Shown: piece after piece, positions 14,424 to 28,069 of the stretch
How the letters are laid out: each line of letters opens with the position of its first letter
How positions within the stretch are numbered: position 1 is the first letter of the stretch
Assembly: GCF_964355755.1 (NCBI RefSeq)
Contig: NC_092677.1
Span: 2,130,101-2,194,100 of the forward strand
DNA: 64,000 bases
From: Antedon mediterranea
Taxonomy: Eukaryota; Animalia; Echinodermata
Direction: 5' to 3'
Notes under the pieces: model-generated
The model's input: the letters and a program-made list of their open reading frames with translations, nothing else
What the model was told of the DNA's origin: nothing
The model's database searches: none
Translations under genes and position numbers: made by a program

Positions 14424-16542
14424 GATGTACACATTTTATTATTGTTTGTAGCATCACAGTCAGCGAAGATTACGCAACCACACACTAATACTTCCAAGAT
14501 ATACGAGTGAATAGCCTTATTATTGATTAAGTCTCATCCTGATGCAACTCTATATATCCTATCTTGTAGTGTAAATATCCTTCTCACCCAGTCAAGTATC
14601 CTCTAAAGGTTTAGCCGTTTCTGAGTCTTTGAATTTGCTATATATATTTATAGCAGCAGAAGAATGTATAACTTGTATGTGGATCTTTGACTTTTTACCT
14701 AAACGAAATAAAAGTCACATTTTGCGGCGCAAATCAACCACCTGGTGGACCATCACAGGCTTATGGGATACTTTTGTACTTTTTATGTTCGATCGTCCTT
14801 GACATGGGCCTACTATAATGCTTTGGAAACAAATACATTGTCAAAAAAAAACGTAATAGCATAGTCAATTATTACACATCTTTCCCACTAGGACGCAACG
14901 ACGTAGACGCAACGCAAGCAAATTGACCAATGACAAGCGACAGTTTGGATAATTCATCTTTTGTGATTGGTCAAATCCTTTACGTTGCGTTACGTCGTTG
15001 AATTGCGTCGCTAGTGGGAACCACGCTCAAAAAATAAACGTTGAAAAGGAGAAGTCTGTATGGAATTTTGCAAACCTGTCTCATGGATCATAAACGTTGT
15101 TATTTTATTTATAATTAAACATAAGTGAATCTTAAATTGTCTATAATGAATTGTAAATGGTTTAAATATGATAAACATATCAGATAATTAAATCAATCAA
15201 CAATACAGCGAGTAGGTGTTGAACACCAACAACTACTGTTATAACTATACTCTTTCGTTTTCACGACACGCAATTACACTACGCGTCTATCAAGTCGAAA
15301 AGTTACTTCAGCTTAATAAATAAACCGAGAGAAATACATGAGAGAAAGCGCCAGGAACTATCCCAGGAACCGAATAAATACGAAAGTATGCGAGATAATA
15401 AAGAATATTGATGAAAACAATGATAATGGAAGGAAGCGAAGGGATACGGCGAGGGGTAAGAAATGAAATGATACGAAGGGTAAGAAAGGAAAGGGGGAGA
15501 TGATACGAAGGGTAGGAAACGAAAAAATAACAATTGAATGTCGCAATTTGATTTTTGCTGCTGTACTTTGATCTTCTTTTGAGTTTTATTTACTGATACT
15601 ACAAACTGATTGATCTTTTTTTTCTTTTTTATTTATTTATTTTTTATTTATTTTTTTTTTTCTTGTCTGTGCGTTTTTTTGTATTGCTTGTTTTTCCTAA
15701 TTCCCACTCTTATACACATATATCCGGTTTTTTTTGCATAGGCATAACCAGCACAAGATACCCACATCTTCTCGGGATTATGCCTCCTCCATAGCCTTTT
15801 TCTTTTAAATTCTTTTTTCTTTTGTCCATTCAACAATCATCATAATCTTTCTTATTTTACTTTCATTTACGTATACTATTTTGTATTGTATTGCTATGGA
15901 GGAAAATAATTGTTTTTTGAAATGAAAAAAAAACCCCGATTAAGGGGTAAGACATGAGATGATATGATGGTATTTCGAGACTACATAATATTCTTCAGTA
16001 CTGTAGTGCCACATTCTAATTTCATTCCTATTATGCTTATTTTGCGGGTATATTACAGGTTTTTCCTTTTATTCAGATTACAAATTAACGACGACACCGA
16101 ACTGATCTCAAATTCCAATTTATTCTTCGTTCATAGAATGTGTTCGTCCAAAGCAGCAACACGCAGCCCAGGTAGTTTGTTACCAATTACACTTTTGTTA
16201 TTGAAGCTCACTTTTTATGACGTAAACGATTCCCAGAATATCAAACCCAAAGAAATTAAATTCCAACTATACAAAAAAAAACACCTCTAGAAAATACCTT
16301 ACCACTACTGTAATAAAATATTTAAAAACAAAACGATACATCATGTTCCATACGTTCATAAATTATAATCATCGTAATATTTATTTATCTGTGATATAAT
16401 ATTCCGGTTTACTGATCATCTGAAACGACATGTTATTAAGGCGTATCACATAAAACCTCTGACGCCATTAATGACGCGCGATTTGTTTTGTTTACGTACA
16501 CGTGAAACAGTAGAAAAGTTCGAAATTTGTAGTTTAGGCCTA

Positions 16543-17010
16543 ATAACGAGGCGCTGGAATTCAACCATAACAGAAGCAGGCCTTAAGCTCCGTTCCCACT
16601 TGGTCGCAATGCAAGCACATAACGAAGCGCTGGAATTCAACCATAACAGAAGCAGGCCTTAAGCTTCGTTCCCACTTGGTCGCAATGCAAGCACATAACG
16701 AGGCGTTGGAATTCAACCATAACAGAAGCAGGCCTTAAGCTCCGTTCCCACTTGGTCGCAATGCAAGCACATAACGAAGCGCTGGAATTCAACCATAACA
16801 GAAGCAGGCCTTAAGCTTCGTTCCCACTTGGTCGCAATGCAAGCACATAACGAAGCGCTGGAATTCAACCATAACAGAAGCAGGCCTTAAGCTTCGTTCC
16901 CACTTGGACGCATTCAAGGACGCAAGTAGCAAGCGAACACCAACCACAAGCGACAGGTTGGATGACCCAACGCGCCACCGCGATTGCATCGTTGCGTCCT
17001 AGTGGGTACT
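16543..17010. repeat. 76-bp tandem array (about 5 copies) made of flank plus the left end of a family A MITE, ending in the full MITE
   Basis: Units start at 16543, 16619, 16695, 16771 and 16847; each contains aagcttcgttcccacttgg. Confidence 0.9.
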
Positions 17011-20000
17011 TTGATTTAATTTTAAATTCTTACTCACAATATTCAATGTTATTAACCTTCAAATACAGAAATAAATACAGTATAATACATCAGAAGGACA
17101 CTGTATTATCAATCTGTCGCTTGTGTCGATTGAAATAACGTTCGTATTTACGTTACGTCACAAATGTAGAAACCAAGATTCCGATGAAAAAAATTGACAT
17201 CGAAAACACGATAAAATTGTTGCCAAACATCACCGCAGTAATGTCTAACAACAAATATAATTAAATTCCTAAATTATATATTTTAATCTCTGCTCCCTGG
17301 AGTGGTATTAAAGAAGAAGGTTTTTAATAACTTATTCATATTATGATATTTTTGTCATTGCTTGTTGCATGATTGACTTTCTGCACACTGTAAACAGACC
17401 GCGAAATTATTGAACCGTGACGGAAATCACTTTATCTTAACAACTCATTGAGAATGTTGACCATTTGTAGTTGTGTCTTTGATAGACTTACAGTTACACA
17501 TATTGCGAAAGAAAAAAAGCAAGAATAAACACTTCTAATCGTAGGCCTATACACCAAAGGTAGGATTTATTCTATTATAATTTAAAATAACAACATTGAT
17601 TGCAAATGATACATTTTCATTTGTTATCGTCATATTATTTATATGCAGTGTGGATCATTACGAAATAACGTAATCTTTTGGTTGCCATGTGGACGCAACG
17701 CAACGACGCACAACGCAAGTGAATCGACCAATGGCAAGCGACAATCAGCTAGCGTAGTAGGCATAATGAGAGCTTGGCGCGCCATACATGGGTGATCATT
17801 GTAAACGGTCCAGTTTACCTTCAAAGTACAGCAGCATATTTTCTTATTTGATGTAGGCCGGTGTTTTTTTATCAAACACATAACTAGTAGATTCTATTGT
17901 ATGACATACAAAGAAGATGATGTATGAAGTATGCATCATCTTGCTTCAAATATAACCTCGTGTTTACATTTAATTCACCTTTTATTTATGCCTCAAAATG
18001 AACAATTTCTGTACGTAATTAAACTTTTTATTGGAGCTGTGTGTATAATCATTAACAAAGTAGAAATCAAATGATTGTTGTATTTCCATACGTGTTTTTT
18101 TACAATTAAACGTTATGACAGATATTGTATTGTAGTCGTATTGTACGTGAAAATTACGGTAGGCCTACTCGCGTCGCTCGGCACGTAAATGTACGCGTAA
18201 AAAATACCGTATCCATGGTACGTAAAATGTGCTCATGGAAATTAGTTACTTGTGTTGAGCTTTTGCTAACGCACGTCAAAGAAAAATCGTCCGCTTTGAC
18301 GTAAACAATTATGTTATAATACTTTCGTGGAATAAAACGTTTGTGAGTTACACCATATAGACCAACACAAAAATACTTTATACTGATGACTAGCATTAAC
18401 TTTATCAAAACTACAATATGGCCTATATTATCTGATTTTATTAATCTTCATTTTTCATATTTTTGGGGGACAATACATCTTTAATAATCGCACTATAAAC
18501 TAAAGCTCTTTCTACACTATCAATCTAGTTTGACAAAAAAAAAGTGTGATATGCCCAAAATATGGTAGTGATATGCCAAAATATGGTAGTTATATGACAT
18601 CATCATGTCCATATAATTTATGGGCACATCACATTTCTTTGTCACATACGTAAGTTTGATGGTGTAGACAGAGCTTAATACGTATATATGTGTGTGCTCT
18701 TGTACGATGGGGCCCTATCATAATCCTGTATGTCATTTTCGAAAATCTCCGTTTCGTTCGTTTATAGATTGTGAGTTTCTCGTTTACAATAATGATGCTC
18801 AATATATTGAGTATCATTACAAAATGGTCGCCGTGATGTCACCATGTAATATTAGCGTTAATAAAACTTTAAAAAACTTGAGCAAAGTGTATTGACCTTT
18901 CGGTCAAAGGTAGTTCAAAACTTCTTTATATAACGTTATATTTAAAATTGTACAAAAAAACCTTAACTTTCTCCTTAAATAAAAGTTGTGTTCTTAATAA
19001 ATTGTGTCAGTTGTTGGTTTTGATTTATGAACCTTGCTAGGAAGGCACAAGCAGGGCTAGGTCGTGACCCATATATTAAAATGGGGGTAAGGAATGCGAC
19101 CAAAACGACAGAAAACTACTTAAAAATGTTAAAATTTTAACTGAAGATATCATGTACCAACACTTTTGCAATGAAGCATTCAATGGTATATAGACTGGTT
19201 AATAAAACACCTGTTTACACGAAGAATTATATTCATCAATCGTAGAAACAACCTTTCGGTGATATATTTTATAGTTTTGACATCTAAGAATGGGGGGCCT
19301 ATTATTATTTTGACCGTTGTCAATCACATCAGACAGAGGTGGACTTGTTGTTTTCCCCGTTGTTAATCAGGGGTCATCCTCCTATACGTGTCTGGGTCGT
19401 CACCATCCATGCAACATTTAGTGATTCTAAAAACAGCCGATTCTCGTACGGTATTTAGTGACGTTAAACATCTTGCTGTATCGCGTCTGCTGACGGCAAC
19501 AGGCCCATACCATAGCATCTAATTCTTATAATTTATATATTAACTATTACTAACCCTCTAATAATCTCCCTGCTTATATCTAGTATCCCACATGGGATGA
19601 AGGTTGCAGAAGACGCGATACTCCAGAATGTTTAACGTCGCTAGACATGATACCGTTCGTGTATCGGGTAATGTATGTGTTGTATAAAAATGTGATATAT
19701 GTACTGATATTAATATTTACATATGGCAAAGTATAACTGATAGGCTAGCATAATATTTTATGTTGTGTTTGCGTGGGAACAGAATTTCATATTATTATCA
19801 TTTACTCAACGAACTCGAGCGGAAATAAAAGGACGGCTGCTATATTTGATACACTAAAACATGGCTTACAATATGAATGCGTTACTAATATCAACCATTC
19901 ATAATAAAGCGATTCGAACTTTGAGCGGCAATCTTGTAACTTAAGCATCACACTTGAACCGCTAAGTGTACTTAAGAACACTGATAAGTTTAAATGGTGT

Positions 20001-20351
20001 GAATTATACACCTCTGTTGGGTCATTTATTTTATTTCATTCCAGACCAACAGCGAATCATCACCACTAACAGACTGATATTGTTGGGGTCACTCCTCGTC
20101 GGGCATTCGTTGGGGTCACTCCTGGTAGGTCATTAATAGGGTCACTCCACGGCATTCATTCAGGGTCACTCCTGGTGTGATTCCTGGTCGGACATTCATG
20201 GGGTCACTCCTGTTGGGGCATTGATAGGGGTCCATTCTGGTCGGGCATTCATTGGTCACTGGTGAATGACACTGAAAGTAGCGAGCTCTAAACTAACTCT
20301 AATTTTTTTTTTTTTTTTAGATAAACTTACTATGAGAAGTACGACGGGGCA

Positions 20352-23300
20352 ATGATGACTTGGAATACGACACACGTGTCGTCTTCGGATGACGTCGACG
20401 AGGTGACGGTGTCACTGATTCTGTTCGGTATCGTCTGCTCATTGTCCGTAGCTGGTATCGGCCTAGCGATCTTCTTCATGACATTTAACATCAGGTACCG
20501 CCGCAACAGGTAAGCCTAAATAAAATATCGAAAAATAATATAAAAACAACTTTAAATAGATTAGCTTTGTGGATAATGTTTTGAAAGTGTCCAATATTCT
20601 GTAAAACCAGAAGGATGTTTTTATACTTGGTTAAACAATTCCCGGCAATACATTATTGACTCCATTGAAAGAGATAAAATATGACGTCATTTCATTTATT
20701 TATTCGACATTATGTCCTGGGAACCCAAAACCAACAGAGTCACCATAAAATGAAATGTCTTGGGCCCCAGAAGAACTTAACTACATAAAATTAAAAATCA
20801 AAATACAGTTTATGTATTGCATGACATCATTTTGATCATACAAACGCAAAATGGGAGTAAAGCCTTGTTTCCACTTCTAGGACGCAACGGAATGACGTAA
20901 ATAATTATAACTGATTTGTTTCAGAAATTTTACATTTTATTTCTACAGAATTGTCAAGATGTCAAGCCCGAATTTGAACGTCATTATGCAATTTGGCGCC
21001 ATCGTTCTCTACGCATGCCCAGTTCTGTTTGGTATAGAAGGAGTTGGAAGAGCATCGGACAACGTATTGGCTGGATTTTGTCAGGTAAGACGACGATGAT
21101 TATGATAACAATGATGCTTGTGATGCAGGGTTCTCACCAACATGTCAACTCACCGCTCCTCCCTAGGCCGACAACAAACATATGATTGGTGGTTATTAAA
21201 ATTGCTGTGACTAACGACGACGGTGATAATGGAGACCGTTGCAGCCAACGACGACGGCAATTGTCGAGACCGTTGTGGCCAACGACGACGTCAATTGTCG
21301 GGACTGTTGTGGCCAACGACGACGGCAATTGTGGAGACCGTTGTGGCCAACGACGACGGCAATTATGGAGACCGTTGTGGCCAACGACGACGGCAATTAT
21401 GGAGACAGTTGTGGCCAACGACGACGGCAATTACAGAGACCGTTGTGGCGAACGACGACGGTTCATGAATTTATGTTTAAACAATTGTAAAAAAAAATTG
21501 TTTCGAATATCAAACAATTAATATAAAAATGTCATTGATACTACATGTTAATCTTACATAACTGTTGTTATAGGCACGCGTGTGGTGTCTTGCGATCGGA
21601 TTCACCTTAGTCTATGGCACAATATTCAGCAAATCATGGCGAGTTCACACCATATTCAAAAGCGCAGGTGTAAAAAGAACGGTAAAAACTTATTTTTCAA
21701 TGCACTTTGTAGACAATATGGCTACATTCACATTAGTTTCGTTTCACAGAACGGATGACGGCACCTTGTTAACCAATAGAAAATGTTATAAACAATAAAC
21801 GGTTCCGTCTTCCGTTCCGTGAAACACGAGTGAATGTAGCTTATAGCATGGGACGTCATTATAGGCCTTGATGTGTAATTATAAACATGGATTTTACCAT
21901 CTTATCAATGACAATAGGTTCTTCTCATCAATTAGGTCTTAAAGGGTCGCTCCGGCCCGAGTATAAAATGTAGTGTTTATCATCCTAAATAAACCATTGC
22001 AACAACATTGATAATAACTAATTATTTTTCGTTATATAAGCCTTCTTTTTAAAACTCTTGCGCACATTTTATAATAGCATTAGAAATTAAATCAGAGCTA
22101 CCCTTTAAGATCATCTTCGACGGTGACGTGTTGTTTTGAATTTTGAATTAAAACATAAACTTATATTAACCTTATACATAAGTGGGTCAACATGACTGTT
22201 GTTGTCTGTCAGTTTATAAGGCCTACATTATGACATGTTCATATGTTTAAACCCATGATACGAAATGTAATTACGATGTGCTTTAAATGTTCTTAAACAT
22301 CATTAGTGAAACCGTGTGATTTTGCTAGTCCGTAGGATATTATGTATAAATGGTATTGTAATAAAACAATACTGTATTTACAGGACTAAGAAATAATCTA
22401 TTTTGTGTTTAAAATTACGTATTACGGTATCAATTAAAAAGGTAAACAAAACCTGTTTTTACTAATTAATGATGACCTAGTTATGTGTTGCAACTCTGAC
22501 CTTAATATGATCTCAAAGCATTCTACGTCATTGTTGCTAGGCTATGCGTAATGCTCACGATATTTATTTTTAAATTTGCATCGCTGTATTGCTGATGAAT
22601 TTTCGCATTTAAACAGGTAAGCACTGTTTTAATCATTCAAATTTATCCCAAATAATATATTGGGTAATCAAATAATGAGACGTAGGTAAATTTTAGAATT
22701 TTCAACAAAAAATAAATATTCAATTTTCATAGTTGTCAATGTTTTTTTCAAATTAAAGGCAGTAGTTTGTTCTTTCTTTATGATGGCCTAGTTAAAGTTT
22801 CGTTTCCACGATACAAAACGCAATGCAAAGACGCACGCGCAATGCACGTAATTAGACCAATTACAAGCGACAGTTCGAATCAGCTTGATGGTGATTGGTC
22901 AAATCACTTTCGTTGCTTGTGATTGATTAAATTTCTTTCGCTGCTTGTGATTGGTCAAATCACATTCGTTGCTTGGGATTGGTCACATTACTTCCGCTGC
23001 TTGTGATTGGTCAAATTGCTTTCGCTGCTTGTGATTGGTCGAATTGCTTTCGTTGCTTGTGATTGGTCAAATTACATGTGTCCTTGCATTGCGTCCAGTG
23101 GGAATCAAACTTTAGTTTTAAACGTAATTTTAAACGTAATTATTTAACACTGTATAACAATCCATAATTTCTCAATATGAGTAAACGTGAATTTAAACGG
23201 TTATTTAATTTTGTTTGATTGAGGTGATTCGAGACGAGAAACTCCTACTCATAATTCTGGTGATGTTACTGATTGACATCGGCATTCTGTCCATGTGGAC

Positions 23301-25990
23301 CTTACTTGACCCGCTTACACACACATTAGTACCCATTTCATCTCAGGTAAGCATCGTACAATAAAAAAACATTCTAAAAGATCTCATAATGATATCAATG
23401 ATGATGTTGATGATTTTGATGATGACGGTGACGATACTGATAAGCCTAATTATGTTTTTAAAATAATGACAAGATAGCCGACCTATTTCCTAATAATTTA
23501 TAACTAAACATAACCTCTTACATATTCTCTCTCAACTATCTCAACTATTAAAAAGTCCACAACCACTGAGCCAAACCGTGGAAAACATATTTGATCTATG
23601 CCATGCTTATATTGCGCCTCCTATTATGTCCTAATTAATTCCATATACTGTAATTCATTCATAGTTTCTGCTTGTGGATATCAAATAATGCCACTTTTCG
23701 TAGGTAAGCGATGCAGAAAACATGTATTATTCATTAGTTATATTTCGCCAACTTGTTGGATGCATAAGGTGTGTGAAGTATGAATTGAACTGACTACCAT
23801 TCGCTAATACAAACGCTTTCCATAATTTCGACATCACTTACCTCGAGAAAAAAATCGCGTACGGCCGCCGGCGTAGTAATAATTGATTTATTATGCCTAC
23901 TTTTTATTGCAGGCAACATTGCATGGAGTTCCATCGAACAATTTAGCAGTAAACCAATGCCAATCAGAATTCAGTGCAATTTGGCTTCTCCTTTTCTTTA
24001 CATACAAATCCGTTACATTAATATTTGGTACGTTTTTATCATGGTCTACACGAAACGTTGTGCTGCCCTCTATGAATGAAGCCAGGTGTATCGTAATTAG
24101 CATATACACTTGCGTGGTACTGGTTGCCTTGGCAATGGGGATATCAACGGTTGTGTGGATGTGGCCTAACATCTGGTTTAGTGTTGTAACAACTGTCATA
24201 TTTACGTGTACAACTGAAGTACTCTTACTACAAAATGTTCCAAAGGTAGGCCTATGTTTTGTTACATTATAACGATTTTTCCTAACTCCATTTGACCTGC
24301 GATGCTGGTCTGCCGAAGTGTGTAAAGCTCTGTCTACAGTCTATCAAACTTGTTTAAAAAAAAGTGTGATGTCCCCAAATATGGTAGATATAACATCATC
24401 ATGTCCATATATAGGCACATCACATTTTTTTGTCACATAAAGTTTGATAGTGTAGAAAAGGCTTAACTAGCTGCTGCACTGCACATATTGTCTCAATACG
24501 GCTTCAATTATTATATAGTATCCAGGCAACATCCCTAATAAATGTGTTTACCTTATCTCCACCAATCCCTTCAATACATCTGAAATATGTGACGAGCATG
24601 TGTTATTGTATCACGGACTTTCACATGATACAATTTTAAGATACGATTGCTTTCTTACAGATGAAGGCATGGAAAGAGAACCCTCAAGCTAACCTATCAA
24701 GGGCGATTACAGCATCATACCTGGCGTGCTCAGGGAATGCATCGTTCAACCAAATCGAGGAAGAGCTATTTTTACTTTCGGCTGAAAATGTTGCGCTTAA
24801 AAAGTCTTTATCTGAGGTCAGTTACAGAATTATTGATACGAGGAAGAAAAAAAAGATTGAAAATAATTGGTGTTCGATTGAGTAAACTTTATGCTGAAAA
24901 TACGTTAAAGCAAGTTTAACGTTCAGAACAGTTTGTTAACTAACGTTAAAATCACCAATCGATTACGCCAAAATGTTATCTATCTTTCTTATCCTTTATG
25001 CGCCCGTGTCGTCAAAATAGTGCACTATTGTGGGTGGGTGACTAGAATAGGTGATGATGACGTCATATATGAAACAAATAGATGACGTCGATCCTCAGAT
25101 AATTAATAATGATAAAATGGATTTTTCTTTAACAGAAAGAAGAAAGGATAAAAATGATGCAAGAACACGTAGAGAACGCTCGAGATAAACTAAAACAACT
25201 ACAGGTTGATGACGTTCGCCAAGACAGCGGATGTGACGTAGATATGTCGTCATCTTCAACTGGAAACGATGACGTAATAGGGCAGACTGGCACTGGTGGT
25301 CATGAAAACCAGCACCGTGATCAACCTGAACCAGGTTCATCGTTAATATTAAATGGACTTGCAAGAACTGAAAGTTTAGATAGGTTTAGCAACGTAAAAA
25401 AACGGGTGTCACATGATAGGAACAGTTTGAGGAGTATTAATAGTGCGGTAAGCGGTAATAACAATAACACCACGAACAATTTTGCAGAATTAAAACATTC
25501 AATTGCGAAAAATCTACACGTCGCGCATACGTTATCTTCTACGCTCAGAAGTTCAATAGCCGAGGAGTTAAACTCGTGCCGAAAACGGCCTATGTATCAC
25601 GAGATAGCAAGCACTGAAAGAGACATTGCGCATGCGTTTCAGCAAAGCTATAATTTTGAAAATGAGGACGTTTTATCCGTAATAAGCTCAGGTAGTGTTT
25701 TTACATACGACAACCCAGTGTTTATGAGAGGCAGTGATTTTCGCCTTAGTGGGAGTAGTTATTATACTAGTCGTACGAGTAGACATTCGAGTTTTCGTTC
25801 CATTGCGAGTTTTGCGTCTGATTTTACAGATAAAAGTCGCTCGTCTTCAGTATCCAGAAAGCTAAAATTGCCGCGATATATTGCACCTCAACAAGACCAT
25901 TTAATCCCACCACAAATTCATGAAGTACCAAAAATTGTCAAAATTGAAATGATGAGATCCACCGGCAAAATGAATTCCACATACGTATGA
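20352..25990 (+). CDS. GPR156: GPR156-like class C GPCR (GABA-B-related 7TM, no Venus-flytrap ectodomain), about 622 aa
   Basis: Exons 20352..20509, 20949..21084, 21574..21681, 23224..23346, 23913..24245, 24661..24816, 25136..25990; all GT-AG and in frame (1869 nt). Motifs FNIRYRRNRIVKMSSPNLN, GFTLVYGTIFSKSWRVHTIF, MWTLLDP, TRNVVLPSMNEA and the coiled coil ENVALKKSLSEKEERIKMMQEHVENARDKL. In-frame TAA at 20322 lies upstream of the ATG. Confidence 0.85.
21213..21461. repeat. 34-bp intronic minisatellite, about 7 copies
   Basis: Unit acgacgacggcaattgtggagaccgttgtggcca; explains the overlapping repetitive ORFs here. Confidence 0.9.
22795..23112. mobile_element. Family A MITE with an internal ~31-bp tandem expansion
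   Basis: Repeated cttgtgattggtcaaat...ttcgctg between MITE termini. Confidence 0.75.
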
Positions 25991-26596
25991 TTGTTATTAT
26001 ACGAGATAATGTCTTGAAAGATAGAGGGCGGTGTCTTTACAAAAGTAGATCCTTGTCATTTATAATAATATTACTTTCCACTATTTTTGCCATTTCTTCT
26101 GCCATGGACAACGTTAGGCTAATCATGTTATTGGAGTTATTTTAATATTTAAATACTGTATGAATATTCATCATTTTTCAACTGCCGCAGACGTTGACGG
26201 ATTTTTTCGCCAAAGATGGTAAACAATATAACAATATAAGAATACCTGTTTCTGTAATTATATAATTATAAATTGTATTGTATTTATTAATATTATAAAC
26301 ATTCTACTGTATTGATACAAAAAAGAAAATACTGAAAAGCATTAAAAGTTGTGTGTTGTAAATCAATCAATTTTATACCTTTGCTTCTGTACAATAGGCC
26401 TAGCAAGGAGTTTTTGTTTCATTGACTGCAACAGTCACAGTGAACTGCAGCAAACTAGGGTCCAGGTTCAGCTAGCTAGGCCTGGACCACTGGCCAGGAC
26501 TAGCTAGGCCTACTCAGCAAACCATACAGAGAAATCTAGTTTTGATATTATATGACGCCTTGAGTATTCAATACGGGATTCAATACTAGATAATAG

Positions 26597-27420
26597 CCTA
26601 GCCGGGTCGCGATTTTTTTTTTCGTACATAAGTTGGGGACCCCCTCATGAAACGTCACAAAATAAACATGAATAATTCATTAGTTAAATTTTCTTGTTCC
26701 GTGTGCACCCAAGCGTATAGCAACAAGAAGTGATTACACAAGTGCGGTACGATTCTAGGCCTATCTCCGCTGTTGTTGCGACGTGCGATTTCATAGAAGA
26801 TAGATCTCTAAACCCATGTCTATTCTAGTAGTAGCTGTGGGTGTGTGTGACGTGTGTGTTAGGTATGACCAAAGATAGTTATCTTTGGTATGATACAATC
26901 CGAGTAATAAGTCAGCAAAATTAAACAATAAATTACACAAAAATACATTTTTTATTCTCGTGGGTGAAATCTTCCCATCTCATGTGTTCATATACGCGCA
27001 TTTTTAAAGTTCCTTTGAGTACATCATGCATATTGTTTGATAATAAAATAGCAGAATTAAAAAAATACAGTACACAAATTATAGGCTACACATTCTTTAT
27101 TCTTGTGGGTCTAAGCTTTCTTTGGGCTATGTCCAATGAATTACTACTTAGTTTAATGTCTTGCCTAGCTGTCGATTAGCCTCGACTCGACACATTTTGT
27201 GTGAAGAAGAGTGCGCGAAGGCAATCACGTGAATTTACTTATCCTAGGCCTACTGTAGAAAGTATCGTATCGCAGTTGTGTAATCACTTCTTGTTGCTAT
27301 ACGCTTGGGTGCACACGGAACAACAAATTTAACTGATGAATTATTCATGTTTATTTTGTGACGTTTCATGAGGGGGTCCCCAACTTATGTACGAAAAAAA
27401 AAATCGCAGTCGGGTCTAGG
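26597..27420. mobile_element. ~820-bp element with ~150-bp terminal inverted repeats (foldback/MITE)
   Basis: 26609..26755 (gcgatttttttttcgtacataagttggggaccc...) is the reverse complement of about 27262..27407. Single TIR fragments also at about 6230 and 59995. Confidence 0.85.
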
Positions 27421-28069
27421 GAAGGGAATATGGCCCATCTATCGATTGGACTGAATTCAATTTTTAAAAATGTCCCACTTTAGCTCAAACTGTCACATGA
27501 ACCGCATTTTGCCATTCTATATCATTCACTCATGAAGGTATAACTTTTTAAACTTAAATATTGCTCAATCATCATGATGGGCGGTGTGGCACAAGCTGCG
27601 TATACTGTTCAAATGTCCCGCCCTCCGGGCCGCCCTCCTCCATACCTAAACTTCCTCTCGCGATGTCGCCTGTCGATGTGGGCCTGGGCCTGGCTGGTGT
27701 AAAAAATATCCAAGCTTAGAAAGAGTACTTATTAGCCTACTTACCAGCATACGTTGGTCTACCGAAATCTAACCGTTGAAAACATGAAGATAAATATATC
27801 ATACTTGCATATATCATCTTGTGCACAAAGATAAGTTTTGTGTACATTTTAAATTTCCCCACCACGTGCACCACCGCCACCAACACGTGATGTGAAAACA
27901 AAAACACACATTCTTTTTTTAGAGTCAACACATCGTATGGTGGCGCACTCTCAAATAAATCCAAAACGCCTTCTCACAACACTCGATCTACGACGACACA
28001 CAATCAACATCCCGGAAACACTAGCAAGACAACCGTATGTTTTTATAAAAATAATGAATTAAAAACAAA

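Noticed and set aside
15303-15836. ORFs in the purine-rich and T-rich tract
   Set aside because: Low-complexity sequence without coding signatures.
12466-16910. CRISPR-like look of the 40-bp and 76-bp arrays, and TGATGAG as a hammerhead core in the 40-bp unit
   Set aside because: No unique spacers, no cas genes and a eukaryotic context; the 40-bp unit lacks the initial C and the GAAA of a hammerhead.
21134-21521. Overlapping repetitive ORFs (VVANDDGN, WPTTT)
   Set aside because: Translations of a 34-bp intronic minisatellite; the GPR156 exons splice across it in frame.
20352-25990. GABA-B receptor subunit (GABBR1/2) call
   Set aside because: An in-frame stop upstream of the ATG, no Venus-flytrap exons upstream, and a coiled coil that fits GPR156 better.
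27855-27892. CCACGTG/ACACGTG upstream of HSPA13 as an ER-stress element
   Set aside because: No CCAAT-N9-CCACG or ATTGG-N-CCACG arrangement; indistinguishable from generic E-boxes.
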